Part shown: positions 1 to 9,390 of the stretch, in pieces
Numbering within the stretch: position 1 is the first letter of the stretch
Layout of the letters: every line of letters begins with the position of its first letter
DNA from: a virus
Length of the DNA stretch: 64,000 nt
Direction: 5' to 3' (one strand)
Virus record (IMG/VR): IMGVR_UViG_3300032296_001209
Coordinates: 1-64,000 of that record
The notes under the pieces: generated by a model
What the model saw: only the letters and a program-made list of their open reading frames with translations
What the model was told of the DNA's origin: nothing
Database searches by the model: none
Program-made: the position numbers and the translations under genes

Positions 1-183
1 ACTTATGACAATGTAGAATGGGTATTTCAATTCAACGATGATAATCCAATACTAATATCTAAACCAATTGGAGGAGAAAAAGAATTGATTATCAAACTTG
101 ATAATACATCTCATTCAAATATTTTATTTAGTGATGGTAAAGGAAACACATTTAAAATTTTCGCAAGGGAGCAAACAAAATGA
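1..183 (+). CDS. hypothetical protein, 5'-truncated
   Basis: Frame 1 is open from base 1 to TGA at 181-183; ATGA overlap with the next gene. Confidence 0.7.
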   Translation, partial: TYDNVEWVFQFNDDNPILISKPIGGEKELIIKLDNTSHSNILFSDGKGNTFKIFAREQTK

Positions 184-452
184 CAAACAATAAACAACAA
201 ACGGCGGTAGAGTGGTTCATTGAAGAACTTGAAGAAAAGGGCAAAGCGTATGAGGAAAACCAAATAGTTAGAACTATCAATATATGTATTGATGTCAGTG
301 ATTATATGGAATTAAAACAACAAGCCAATGAAAGACATAAGCAACAAATTATAAACGCTGTTGATGACCAAAATAATTATGATTCGTGGCCGAGTTCAAT
401 TCCCACATTGGGTGAACGATACTACAATGAAACATACGGAGGTAACAAATGA
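180..452 (+). CDS. small phage protein, MTNNKQQTAVEW...YYNETYGG family
   Basis: ORF; paralogous termini shared with 628 and 2895. Confidence 0.8.
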   Translation: MTNNKQQTAVEWFIEELEEKGKAYEENQIVRTINICIDVSDYMELKQQANERHKQQIINAVDDQNNYDSWPSSIPTLGERYYNETYGGNK

Positions 453-631
453 AACTATACACAGAAGAACAAGTTAAACAAATTCTTGATGATTTATTAG
501 ACTATATAAATTCACTGCAAAATAACTATATAGCATTATCAAAAAATGACAAAAAAAAATCAAAAGAAGTGGATGCAATACTTACTGCAACCACATTAAT
601 TAAAATGAGAATTCAATCGTTAAACAAATGA
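449..631 (+). CDS. hypothetical protein
   Basis: ATGA-coupled ORF. Confidence 0.7.
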   Translation: MKLYTEEQVKQILDDLLDYINSLQNNYIALSKNDKKKSKEVDAILTATTLIKMRIQSLNK

Positions 632-906
632 CAAACAATAAACAACAAACGGAGATTAATGCAGTTGAGTACCTTGGTAAGGTTAATCAATTTGCAAAAG
701 AAAACAACACGGATAAGCCAAGACAACAGACGGCAATTGAATGGTTAGAAGAAGAAATGTTAAAACCCAACTTAAGTATGAAAGAAATACTTGAACAAGC
801 CAAAGAAATGGAAAAAGACCAACACATAAAAAGTTGGGAAACTGGTCTAATGAAAGTTGACTTTAATGAATACTACGAACAAACCTACGGAGGAGTTAAC
901 CAATGA
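628..906 (+). CDS. small phage protein, MTNNKQQT family (two QQTxxE units)
   Basis: Paralog of 180 and 2895. Confidence 0.8.
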   Translation: MTNNKQQTEINAVEYLGKVNQFAKENNTDKPRQQTAIEWLEEEMLKPNLSMKEILEQAKEMEKDQHIKSWETGLMKVDFNEYYEQTYGGVNQ

Positions 907-1145
907 GTAAGTATCAACAACAAATTATTGAAGCCCTAAAAAATGGCGCAAAACTTCAATGTACTGAAGGCACAAATTGGCGTGCTTGGCTAAAATACCC
1001 AAACGGAGAAATTAAATATGTTCGTAGAGATTCTGCCAATAAAGTATGTCAGCAATATTCAGATATATTAATATTTGGTAAATATGAAGGTATTAGTTAT
1101 AAGTTAAAAAATAAAAAAGAAACCTACGGAGGAGGTGAGCAATGA
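903..1145 (+). CDS. hypothetical protein ending in the ETYGGGEQ cassette
   Basis: ATGA-coupled ORF. Confidence 0.75.
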   Translation: MSKYQQQIIEALKNGAKLQCTEGTNWRAWLKYPNGEIKYVRRDSANKVCQQYSDILIFGKYEGISYKLKNKKETYGGGEQ

Positions 1146-1399
1146 TGTGGATACTTGGAATCTTAGCTGCTGTTATTCTACTTGGATTAAACAAAATTGA
1201 CAATGATGAACGTGATGAGCGTAGTGACTTGTTCCATTTGTTATTATTTGCACTCATGGCTGTAAGTGTAGTAGCAGGTATGTTAGGAATAAAACAAGCT
1301 GGTGTAAAATCAGATAAGCCTATTAAACCTTCTATTGAAATTGTGTGTACAGACGGTAAGTGTGATACTACCTACATCTATAAAAATGTTAAGAAATGA
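1142..1399 (+). CDS. small membrane protein (2 TM)
   Basis: Two hydrophobic segments. Confidence 0.7.
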   Translation: MMWILGILAAVILLGLNKIDNDERDERSDLFHLLLFALMAVSVVAGMLGIKQAGVKSDKPIKPSIEIVCTDGKCDTTYIYKNVKK

Positions 1400-2040
1400 G
1401 AACCAAATTTGAAATAAAAGACAAAAGACCTGTTAAGGAGAAAGTAACCTTCTTCTTAGCAGGTTTAATGTTCTGGAAAGGACGTAAGAAAGGTATGATT
1501 AATACTATGCATATAGGCTGGAGAGAGATTAGACCTATATTCTTCCCTAAGGGTTTCTATGATAAGTATTCTTACTTAGGTACTATTCCTTACAGTGAAG
1601 ACGGAGATTGTTTTAGAGCTATTTACCCGTTAGTTTTAGCTATGGACTATGAAGCTAAGCCTAAATGGTGCCCTAGATGGTTTCTACGCTTCTTACACTT
1701 GTTTGGTTGTGATAACTCTATTGTAAGAGTTAGAAACAGAAGACTACATAACCTGTTTAGAAATTTAACTAAGGGTATTATATTCTGGGACTATAAGACT
1801 AAGTGGAGTAGTTATGACTTAAGGATTAGTATTTCAGCACCTAAACACTTACAAGACCTAGCTGATGACATAGAAAGCGGATTTTACAGTAGGGGTAGAC
1901 AAGAAGAAATAGTAGCTGAGATTAAAAAACTAGACCCTAATGCAGGTATTATCTGGGGTAGTATTGATAGATTAGAAAAACAACTAGAAGAATTAGAAAA
2001 CAAAAACCATGAAAATAAGAATAGAAAACATAGAGTGTAG
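1396..2040 (+). CDS. hypothetical protein
   Basis: 214-aa coupled ORF. Confidence 0.75.
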   Translation: MRTKFEIKDKRPVKEKVTFFLAGLMFWKGRKKGMINTMHIGWREIRPIFFPKGFYDKYSYLGTIPYSEDGDCFRAIYPLVLAMDYEAKPKWCPRWFLRFLHLFGCDNSIVRVRNRRLHNLFRNLTKGIIFWDYKTKWSSYDLRISISAPKHLQDLADDIESGFYSRGRQEEIVAEIKKLDPNAGIIWGSIDRLEKQLEELENKNHENKNRKHRV

Positions 2041-2380
2041 ATTTATTCATAATACCTATGAATTTGTTAAATGGTATCCTAATAGTTACTATGGTGCAGA
2101 AGCTAAACTAGAGGAAGAGGGATATAAACGTATATCATCTGAAGATGGAAAATTTAGTTTAGCTAAAGATCATCACTATATAGATAGTTCATGCTTTAAA
2201 AACCCGGAAGGTTGTTATGTTATTGCTATAATTACTTATGATGATAGTGAAGACTGTACTGAAATTAGATCTATTGGGGATAGGTTATTAAAACTAACAG
2301 AAGAAGAAAGAATGCATTTCTTTGAAGTTTACCATTATGCTGATAGACAAATTAAAAAAGAAAGACAAAAAGATGAGTGA
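2009..2380 (+). CDS. hypothetical protein
   Basis: 123-aa ORF with A-rich start context. Confidence 0.75.
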   Translation: MKIRIENIECRFIHNTYEFVKWYPNSYYGAEAKLEEEGYKRISSEDGKFSLAKDHHYIDSSCFKNPEGCYVIAIITYDDSEDCTEIRSIGDRLLKLTEEERMHFFEVYHYADRQIKKERQKDE

Positions 2381-2618
2381 TAAAAAAATAAAAACAGTAA
2401 GTATTTCTCAAAATGCATTAGATAATACATTTGAAGATTTGGACATGTTGAGTAGGTTATTAAATGATATGGTCTCAGATATGCATAACGTTAAAGGTGG
2501 ACAGCAAGTACGCCATGCATACATGCTATATAGAGACTATATATTTAAAATCCAACAAGAACTAAAGAAAGGAATACAAGTAGATGAGCAACAAAAAACA
2601 AAAAACCATGAAAAATAA
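2373..2618 (+). CDS. hypothetical protein
   Basis: Start reassigned to ATG 2373 (MSDKK). Confidence 0.65.
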   Translation: MSDKKIKTVSISQNALDNTFEDLDMLSRLLNDMVSDMHNVKGGQQVRHAYMLYRDYIFKIQQELKKGIQVDEQQKTKNHEK

Positions 2619-2898
2619 ATTAAGACTAGTAGCAATTTTCGCAATTGTAATTCTATTCTCATTTATCCCAGAAACATTCCCAGATTTTTTTGGAGACTGG
2701 GTTTGTCAAGGAGGAAAGTATCAGTATATAGAAAATGGACCAGACATCCAGGAAGGATGTATGTATGGAATTAATGCTAGTAATAGTCATAATCCAACCA
2801 TACACTGGGGCTTCAGACATTGGATGTGGACACTATGTGGTGTATCACTATTCATTTGGAACATAGTAGAGTTAATTGATAAAAAATACAGACTATGA
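2608..2898 (+). CDS. membrane protein (2 TM)
   Basis: Start ATG 2608; N- and C-terminal hydrophobic helices. Confidence 0.7.
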   Translation: MKNKLRLVAIFAIVILFSFIPETFPDFFGDWVCQGGKYQYIENGPDIQEGCMYGINASNSHNPTIHWGFRHWMWTLCGVSLFIWNIVELIDKKYRL

Positions 2899-3113
2899 CA
2901 AACAATAAACAACAAACAGCAGTGGAGTGGTTATTTGAACAGATGTTTGACCCAACTTATCCTGCTGGAGAACAAATGGAATGGCTTGAAGAAGCTAAAG
3001 AAATGCAGAAGGCACAACATAAATCAACTTATTTAGCCCAAATGAATCGCAATAACTTCAATTTTGAACATTACTTTTTTAAAACATATGAACACGAAGA
3101 AGATGAGCAATGA
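2895..3113 (+). CDS. small phage protein, MTNNKQQTAVEW family
   Basis: Paralog of 180 and 628. Confidence 0.8.
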   Translation: MTNNKQQTAVEWLFEQMFDPTYPAGEQMEWLEEAKEMQKAQHKSTYLAQMNRNNFNFEHYFFKTYEHEEDEQ

Positions 3114-3406
3114 TAGAAGATATTATTAACCTAACACCAGCTAGGCAGCTGATTAATGACTTTTATTATCAGTTGCCTAACAATGGGTCCCATAAAGAAG
3201 GATTACTAAGTTGTGAGAGAAGATATAATGAAGCAATTACTTGTGCTTTAATATGTGTTAAACAAATAATTGAAAATTATGAGTTTGATTCAATTCATGA
3301 TTTAAAGAATACTAGAGTGATGGATAATATAAACTACTGGGATAAAGTAAAAGACGAATTAATACAAATACAAAATGATCAAATGGAAATACAAACCGGC
3401 AGGTAA
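3110..3406 (+). CDS. small phage protein, TP...AxxCALI...YWxxVK family
   Basis: Paralog of 3657-3830. Confidence 0.75.
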   Translation: MIEDIINLTPARQLINDFYYQLPNNGSHKEGLLSCERRYNEAITCALICVKQIIENYEFDSIHDLKNTRVMDNINYWDKVKDELIQIQNDQMEIQTGR

Positions 3407-3653
3407 CTGTCCAGTACAAGCAGAAGGCTGGTTCTTAAAACATTATTTTTATTTTAGAGCTAGAGGTGAGTACGCTACTATTGAATTCAGTAAGAGTGAA
3501 GATCACCATGATAGATATGAAATCTATAAAAAATATATACTAACTAAAACAGATCAATATATGGCCGGTTGGTTACCTAAGTGGATATGCAAATTACTAA
3601 TCTACAAAGGATGTTTTAAATTCTTATTTAAATATAAATCAATTAAAGATTAG
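3375..3653 (+). CDS. hypothetical protein
   Basis: 92-aa ORF. Confidence 0.7.
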   Translation: MIKWKYKPAGNCPVQAEGWFLKHYFYFRARGEYATIEFSKSEDHHDRYEIYKKYILTKTDQYMAGWLPKWICKLLIYKGCFKFLFKYKSIKD

Positions 3654-3656
3654 AGT

Positions 3657-3830
3657 ATGACACCAAGAGAAAAAGCAGTTGAATTAGTCCATAAGTTTGG
3701 TATGGAGAATCAATACTATGAAAGAGCCAAACAATGTGCCTTAATTGCAGTTGATGAGGTATTAAATGTAATTGATAATTTTGAAATGATTTATTGGGAA
3801 GAAGTAAAACAAGAAATAGAAAAACTATGA
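3657..3830 (+). CDS. 57-aa protein MTPREKAVELV...AKQCALIAVDEV...YWEEVKQEIEKL (absent from ORF track)
   Basis: Translated by hand; paralog of 3110; ATGA overlap with 3827. Confidence 0.8.
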   Translation: MTPREKAVELVHKFGMENQYYERAKQCALIAVDEVLNVIDNFEMIYWEEVKQEIEKL

Positions 3831-4132
3831 GTAAAATAGAACAACCTAAATACAATTTAGAATTAACAGATATCTCTAAATATAAGTTAGTAAGAGAAAG
3901 AGATGGTTTAACTAATGTAGGTCAACAAGTACGTTGGATTGATTGGAGTGAAGATGGTTCTTTTAAAGAGGCACACACAGAACCTGCAGTAGGTAGATCA
4001 CTTATATTAGACCCTCATCCATTTCAATATACTTGGCTGACAACTTCTATTACAGAGATTTTAGAACAAAAAGAAAACTACATTAAGTTTGCAACTAAAA
4101 ATAGTATTTATGAATTATGGCAAAAAGATTAA
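3827..4132 (+). CDS. hypothetical protein
   Basis: Start ATG 3827 (MSKIEQ). Confidence 0.75.
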   Translation: MSKIEQPKYNLELTDISKYKLVRERDGLTNVGQQVRWIDWSEDGSFKEAHTEPAVGRSLILDPHPFQYTWLTTSITEILEQKENYIKFATKNSIYELWQKD

Positions 4133-4404
4133 GTAGAGAAGAAAAACGAGAGAAAGCACTAATTGACATCATCAATCAGATGTTTATCATTGCAGGTCAT
4201 GATGTTACATTTGATGACATCAAAGACCGTAAAGATGATTGGTTTACTGACTGGACTATGACTACTGCACAAGCAGAAGAATGGAAAAAGTGGGGTGTAG
4301 ATTATCTTAGAAAAGAACTAAAGATGAATAAAGGATTAGCAGAGAAAGAGATGATGTGGGTTAATGTACAATGGGGACTTAAATACTCAGATTTTAACAT
4401 ATGA
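4117..4404 (+). CDS. hypothetical protein
   Basis: 95-aa ORF. Confidence 0.75.
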   Translation: MAKRLSREEKREKALIDIINQMFIIAGHDVTFDDIKDRKDDWFTDWTMTTAQAEEWKKWGVDYLRKELKMNKGLAEKEMMWVNVQWGLKYSDFNI

Positions 4405-4637
4405 AAGAACAAGATATAATTAACTTAGGATTTAAAAAGGAGTATGGAGAAAATGAAAGCTTTTATTACTATACATTAGATATTGGTAGTGATTCTCCAT
4501 TAACTTTGATATCTCCTGCAAATGATGAAGTATCAGATGATAACTGGTGGTATGTAACAATATTTAACCATCAGTCTATTAAATTTAAAGAACGGGATCA
4601 GTTAAGAGACTTTATCTATCTTTTAAATAACTTATGA
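4401..4637 (+). CDS. hypothetical protein
   Basis: Coupled ORF. Confidence 0.7.
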   Translation: MKEQDIINLGFKKEYGENESFYYYTLDIGSDSPLTLISPANDEVSDDNWWYVTIFNHQSIKFKERDQLRDFIYLLNNL

Positions 4638-5680
4638 ATAGTATAGATACACAATATCAGATCCTACTTCAATCTATCTTAGATTACGGAGTAGAGAAGT
4701 CTGATAGAACAGGAACAGGTACTAAGTCAATCTTTGGTTACACCATCAGACACAAGATGAGTGATGGATTTCCTCTTCTAACCACTAAGAAGATGCCCTG
4801 GAAGACAATAGTAACTGAGTTATTATGGTTTTTAAAGGGTGATACAAATATTAAGTACCTTTTAGATAACGGATGTAATATCTGGACAGGAGACGCTTAT
4901 AAAGCCTATCGTGAACCTAGACCAAATGATAGAGACGCTTACACTGTAGAAGAGTTTGTAGAAGCGATTAAGACTAATCCTGAGTTTGCTGCTAAATATG
5001 GTGAGTTAGGTCCTATTTATGGTGCTCAATGGCGTAAGTGGGGAGGTTTACAAGACTTGACTGATGATGACCAGCCAATTTATTTGGACCAAATTGCAAA
5101 CCTAATCAACGACCTTAAAACAAACCCAGACTCAAGACGGTTGATGGTTAGTGCCTGGAATGTAGGTGAATTAGACCAAATGGTTCTTCCTCCTTGTCAT
5201 TATGGGTTTCAAGTGTATACTAGAGAGCTCAGTTATGAAGAGAAAAAACTATACACCTATAAGCATTTTAGTAATCAACCACAGTTTGATTTAGATGCTT
5301 TTGAGAAGTTTAATATTCCAAGTAGAGCAATCTCTTTAATGTGGAATCAGAGAAGTTGTGATACATTTTTAGGTTTACCCTTTAATATTGCTTCTTATGC
5401 TCTTCTCTTAACTATTATTGCTAAAGAAGTTAATATGATTCCTGAAGAACTAATTGGTAACTTAGGTGATACACATTTGTATTTAAACCATATTGAACAA
5501 GCTAAAGAGCAAATAGAAAGAGAGTCTTATGATTTACCTACATTAAAGCATCTTAAAGATGATGGCTTTTATAAGTCATTATCAGAAGATCAATCACTTT
5601 ATGCACACTTAGAAAACACTGACTTTATTTTAGAAAACTACACATGTCACCCAACGATCAAAGCACCCCTCTCAAACTAG
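4634..5680 (+). CDS. thyA: thymidylate synthase
   Basis: DRTGTGT, ELLWF, SRR, LPPCH, QRSCDTFLGLPFNIASY and GDTHLY motifs. Confidence 0.97.
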   Translation: MNSIDTQYQILLQSILDYGVEKSDRTGTGTKSIFGYTIRHKMSDGFPLLTTKKMPWKTIVTELLWFLKGDTNIKYLLDNGCNIWTGDAYKAYREPRPNDRDAYTVEEFVEAIKTNPEFAAKYGELGPIYGAQWRKWGGLQDLTDDDQPIYLDQIANLINDLKTNPDSRRLMVSAWNVGELDQMVLPPCHYGFQVYTRELSYEEKKLYTYKHFSNQPQFDLDAFEKFNIPSRAISLMWNQRSCDTFLGLPFNIASYALLLTIIAKEVNMIPEELIGNLGDTHLYLNHIEQAKEQIERESYDLPTLKHLKDDGFYKSLSEDQSLYAHLENTDFILENYTCHPTIKAPLSN

Positions 5681-5844
5681 ATTTAAAAGGATTCACAGCT
5701 AAACAATATGCTGCTCTAATACTTAAAGAAGAGTTAGGATACTCTTATGGTAAAGCAGGTCTTAAAATGGGCATCAACTATAGAGCCTTTGCTAGATTAT
5801 ATAACAGAGCTAAAGTAAAACGTAATGATATCAATGACAGATAA
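5644..5844 (+). CDS. small putative HTH DNA-binding protein
   Basis: GYSYGKAGLKMGIN, a sigma-region-4-like HTH pattern. Confidence 0.5.
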   Translation: MSPNDQSTPLKLDLKGFTAKQYAALILKEELGYSYGKAGLKMGINYRAFARLYNRAKVKRNDINDR

Positions 5845-6007
5845 TAAATGTAATGTGTGTGAGGCCCTTATACCGGATCAGGAAGTTTTCTGTGATAGGT
5901 GTAAGGCTTCACCTTATTACCGTGAGAAGTATTATACCAAACAGGAAAGAATATATGGTATAATAGAAGATAGTAGTGAATACTATGACATGGACGATGA
6001 CTCCTAG
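5825..6007 (+). CDS. small CxxC-CxxC zinc-ribbon protein
   Basis: CNVC...CDRC. Confidence 0.55.
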   Translation: MISMTDNKCNVCEALIPDQEVFCDRCKASPYYREKYYTKQERIYGIIEDSSEYYDMDDDS

Positions 6008-6027
6008 AACACTTTAAAAAACTAACT

Positions 6028-6411
6028 ATGAAAACAAGACTTACATTAATCATCCTAACACCTATTATGTTGTTAGGACTACACCACATCGCTGCAATTT
6101 TTTACAAGTTTAATAGAATGCGGGACTTATATATTAAGAAGTTCCAGTATTACAAAAGAAAGGGTTTAGTTAAAGACTCATACTGTGAGTACTATATACA
6201 AGCCTTTGGTGAATTTAGATTTTGGATGTTTAAAGAGTTTGTGTTTAGAAAGCACTACACTATTAAGCATTTCTTTGAAGATACATATGTATATAAGAAT
6301 ATGTCTGCTTATTACATAAAAGAATCCGGGGATATCCCATTTATGCCAGAACTAAATGGTATCATGGAATACTGGAAAACACAAAGACAGTCACAAAACA
6401 GTAGGGGGTAG
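6028..6411 (+). CDS. hypothetical protein with N-terminal TM
   Basis: 127-aa ORF followed by a terminator. Confidence 0.7.
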   Translation: MKTRLTLIILTPIMLLGLHHIAAIFYKFNRMRDLYIKKFQYYKRKGLVKDSYCEYYIQAFGEFRFWMFKEFVFRKHYTIKHFFEDTYVYKNMSAYYIKESGDIPFMPELNGIMEYWKTQRQSQNSRG

Positions 6412-6430
6412 AAATATCCCCTTTATTTTT
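6403..6430 (+). terminator. intrinsic terminator
   Basis: AGGGGGTA-GAAA-TATCCCCT followed by a T tract. Confidence 0.8.
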
Positions 6431-6438
6431 TATATTTG
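6431..6438 (+). promoter_or_regulatory. Bacteroidota -7 promoter box TAnnTTTG
   Basis: TATATTTG right after the terminator, 6 nt before ATG 6445. Confidence 0.7.
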
Positions 6439-6444
6439 AAAGTT

Positions 6445-6711
6445 ATGACTAACACACAATTACTAATTCAGGAGACATGTGACCAGATTAAAGAGTTACT
6501 AATAGAGAAGAATAGAAAGTATGGTGATTCAGCAGTAAATCCTATCCGGATACTCTCTAAGAGTAGTAATACTGAACAGATTCTTGTTAGAATTGATGAT
6601 AAGCTAAATAGAATTAAGAACATGCAGTCTGATGAAGATGAGGATGTGATTACAGATTTAATTGGCTATTTAGTATTATATAAAGTTGCTAAAAAAATTA
6701 ATAACATATGA
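6445..6711 (+). CDS. nucleotide-modification-associated domain 1 (DUF1599-like) protein
   Basis: KNRKYGDS...RIDDKLNRI...DLIGY pattern. Confidence 0.7.
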   Translation: MTNTQLLIQETCDQIKELLIEKNRKYGDSAVNPIRILSKSSNTEQILVRIDDKLNRIKNMQSDEDEDVITDLIGYLVLYKVAKKINNI

Positions 6712-7367
6712 GAATAGTTTGTATATCTGATACACATACAATGCATGAAGATGTTAATCTTCCTGACGGTGATATCTTAATTCATGCCGGTGACTTTAGT
6801 AATAGAGGTGGTAGACATGATGTAGAAGATTTCTTTGGTTGGTTGATGAGAATTAAACCTAAGTATAGATACATAGTATTTATTGCCGGTAATCATGATA
6901 AATCTTTTGATAGCAAGTATGGTGATATGCCAGACTGGTTAGCTGAAGGTATAGCAGAGTTAGAACAGAATGATATTATCTATTTAAAAGATAGTTCTAT
7001 AGAGTTAGAAGGTGTTACATTTTATGGAATGCCTTGGACTCCTTGGTTCTTTGGAGATACTTGGGCTTTTAATAAGAAAGAACAAGACATGCAGGAAGTC
7101 ATTGATATGATAGAGCCCTGTGATGTATTAATTACACATGGACCACCATTATATACCGGTGATTTAGCAGCTAATAATGGAAAACATGTAGGTTGTCCCT
7201 TATTAAGAGAGAAAATAAATGAGATACAACCCAGATTGCATGTATGTGGACATATACATGAAGGTAGTGGTATCCAATTAGTAGATAGATGTATTCATGT
7301 TAATGCATCACAGCTCAATGAACATTATGAGCTAATCAATGTACCATATTCAATAGAACTGCCATGA
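6708..7367 (+). CDS. calcineurin-like metallophosphoesterase
   Basis: SDTH, HAGD, GNHD, THGPP and GHIHE motifs. Confidence 0.92.
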   Translation: MRIVCISDTHTMHEDVNLPDGDILIHAGDFSNRGGRHDVEDFFGWLMRIKPKYRYIVFIAGNHDKSFDSKYGDMPDWLAEGIAELEQNDIIYLKDSSIELEGVTFYGMPWTPWFFGDTWAFNKKEQDMQEVIDMIEPCDVLITHGPPLYTGDLAANNGKHVGCPLLREKINEIQPRLHVCGHIHEGSGIQLVDRCIHVNASQLNEHYELINVPYSIELP

Positions 7368-7540
7368 AAATAGAATCAACTTACTACAACTTTTTCAGAA
7401 AGAAATTAGGACAAAGGGACTATCCCTACATCTTCTTTTATCCATTACCATTTATTGCTATTTCTAGAACCGGGGTAACCTATAAGTTCAGTGTAACATT
7501 AGGATGGTTATTCTGGACAATTTATCTAAAATTTAAATGA
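7364..7540 (+). CDS. 58-aa hydrophobic protein (absent from ORF track)
   Basis: Translated by hand; ATGA overlaps on both sides. Confidence 0.7.
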   Translation: MKIESTYYNFFRKKLGQRDYPYIFFYPLPFIAISRTGVTYKFSVTLGWLFWTIYLKFK

Positions 7541-8640
7541 CAAAAAGAGACCAAGTACAACAAAATGCATTAATAGAAGTAGTTAAACATAAAAGAAGTA
7601 GTGCTGTAATGAGTATGGGTGCTGGTAAAACTAAACTGGGCCTAATGCATATGCAGTATTATCTACATGATCAAAGCAGATACCTAGTAGTAGCACCCAA
7701 AAGATCTATCTTCCAATCTTGGATTGATGATTGTAAAAAGTTTGAGTGTGAAGAGTTACTAGAGCATATCACCTTTACAACATATTTATCTTTAAGTAAG
7801 AATAAAACAGATTATGACTGTGTGTATCTAGATGAGATGCATAGTCTATTAGATAGTCACCTAGAGTGGCTTGACAGTTACCGGGGAAGAATACTAGGTC
7901 TAACAGGTACACCTCCTAAGAGAGGCTCTAAAGCAGATATAGTATTTAAATACTGCCCGGTTAAGTTTACATATACTGTAGACACCGCAATTGATGATAA
8001 AATTCTTAATGATTATGAGATTCATGTGCATACAATGCCATTGGATACTAGAAATAACATGAAGAAAGAATCTAAGAAAACGGGTGTGTGGTATACATCA
8101 GAGTTTAAGCAGTACACTTTCTGGAATAATAAATTACAGAATGCCAGTAGTGAGAAAGAAGTAAGGTTCTTAAGAATCATGCGCATGAAAACACTGATGA
8201 GTTTACCAAGCAAAGAGAAATATGCTACACAGCTTATGAATAATAGTAATCATAAATGTATAGTATTTGCTAACACAAAAGAGCAGGCTGATAAACTTTG
8301 TAGATATAGTTACCATTCTGGAAATAAGAAATCTGAAGAAAACCTTCAGAACTTTAAAGATGGTGTTATAAACAGACTAAGCTGTGTGCTACAACTTAAT
8401 GAAGGTATTAACATTCCTAATCTTAAGGAAGGTATTATCTTACATAGTTATAGTAATGAGCGTAAGTCTAATCAGCGTATAGGTAGATTGCTGAGACTAA
8501 ATCCGGATGATAAATCTATTATTCATATTTTATGCTATAGTAATACTATAGATGAGACATGGGTAAAAGAAGCACTATCTGATTTAGATCAAAACAAGAT
8601 TACCTGGAAGAACATTAATCAATTAGAATTAGATTTATGA
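7537..8640 (+). CDS. superfamily 2 DExH helicase
   Basis: GAGKT, DEMH, LTGT, EGINIP and QRIGRLLR motifs. Confidence 0.9.
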   Translation: MTKRDQVQQNALIEVVKHKRSSAVMSMGAGKTKLGLMHMQYYLHDQSRYLVVAPKRSIFQSWIDDCKKFECEELLEHITFTTYLSLSKNKTDYDCVYLDEMHSLLDSHLEWLDSYRGRILGLTGTPPKRGSKADIVFKYCPVKFTYTVDTAIDDKILNDYEIHVHTMPLDTRNNMKKESKKTGVWYTSEFKQYTFWNNKLQNASSEKEVRFLRIMRMKTLMSLPSKEKYATQLMNNSNHKCIVFANTKEQADKLCRYSYHSGNKKSEENLQNFKDGVINRLSCVLQLNEGINIPNLKEGIILHSYSNERKSNQRIGRLLRLNPDDKSIIHILCYSNTIDETWVKEALSDLDQNKITWKNINQLELDL

Positions 8641-9026
8641 AAGTATTCACAACAACCTTAGTTAAGAAAGAAGGCAAACTAGATTTTAATAATGATGCTA
8701 TTAAGAAAGTTTATAACCAGTTTGTTGGAGTAGTACCGGATGGTTTTACAGTAAATGTAATCTTTGAATTAAATGGGCCCAAAGCTACACTTGCACAAAT
8801 CTCTAAAGCACATGCTGCATGTAGAGAGATTGCAGTGTTTACCGGGCACAACTTTGAAGATATCAAACTATTGGTTAAAGAGAAAGCAGGATTGATTATA
8901 AAAAATAATAGTGATGGGGAAACCACCACTATTATCAAGTCTTTTGGCGATTGCTCAAAAGAGGAAATGAGTCAAGTAATACAAGTTACTGAAGAAATGT
9001 GCGCCAGTATGGGAATTGGGTGTTAG
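8637..9026 (+). CDS. NinB/Orf-like recombination protein (tentative)
   Basis: TLAQ...EIA..TG...SFGDCSKEEMS pattern. Confidence 0.45.
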   Translation: MKVFTTTLVKKEGKLDFNNDAIKKVYNQFVGVVPDGFTVNVIFELNGPKATLAQISKAHAACREIAVFTGHNFEDIKLLVKEKAGLIIKNNSDGETTTIIKSFGDCSKEEMSQVIQVTEEMCASMGIGC

Positions 9027-9373
9027 TCACCTGATTCCTGTGGTGCATCTTCCTGAGTAGACTCTGCACTTTCAAGATCAATCATCTTCTTGGCCTCTTC
9101 TTCAATCTCTTCTACAGTTTTCATCTCTGTAAGATTATTATCTTTAGCATACTTCTCGATATCATTGATAAGGATAGCTAAAGTTTCATAATGAAACTCC
9201 CAGGGCTCTGAATGTTGTTGATTCTTGATTCTTTCATTAGCAGCTTGTACTTCTTCTTTAGATAAATCTTTTAAGATGTACATCAACAATGCTTGTACAC
9301 GGGTTAAGAAGGCCCCGTTTACTTTAATATCTACTACTGTAGATAATGGTAATACTTCAATTTTTTCTGACAT
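9023..9373 (-). CDS. acidic hypothetical protein, inverted within the plus-strand module
   Basis: ATG 9373 preceded by its own TAnnTTTG box. Confidence 0.75.
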   Translation of the reverse strand: MSEKIEVLPLSTVVDIKVNGAFLTRVQALLMYILKDLSKEEVQAANERIKNQQHSEPWEFHYETLAILINDIEKYAKDNNLTEMKTVEEIEEEAKKMIDLESAESTQEDAPQESGD

Positions 9374-9379
9374 AATACA

Positions 9380-9387
9380 CAAATATA
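9380..9387 (-). promoter_or_regulatory. Bacteroidota -7 box
   Basis: TATATTTG on the minus strand, 6 nt before ATG 9373. Confidence 0.65.
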
Positions 9388-9390
9388 CAA

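Noticed and set aside
180-3113. Repeats as a CRISPR array or DGR
   Set aside because: The repeats are in-frame coding termini with irregular spacing; no cas or reverse transcriptase gene is present.
3643-3855. Minus-strand 70-aa ORF
   Set aside because: Overlaps the better-supported plus-strand paralog at 3657-3830.
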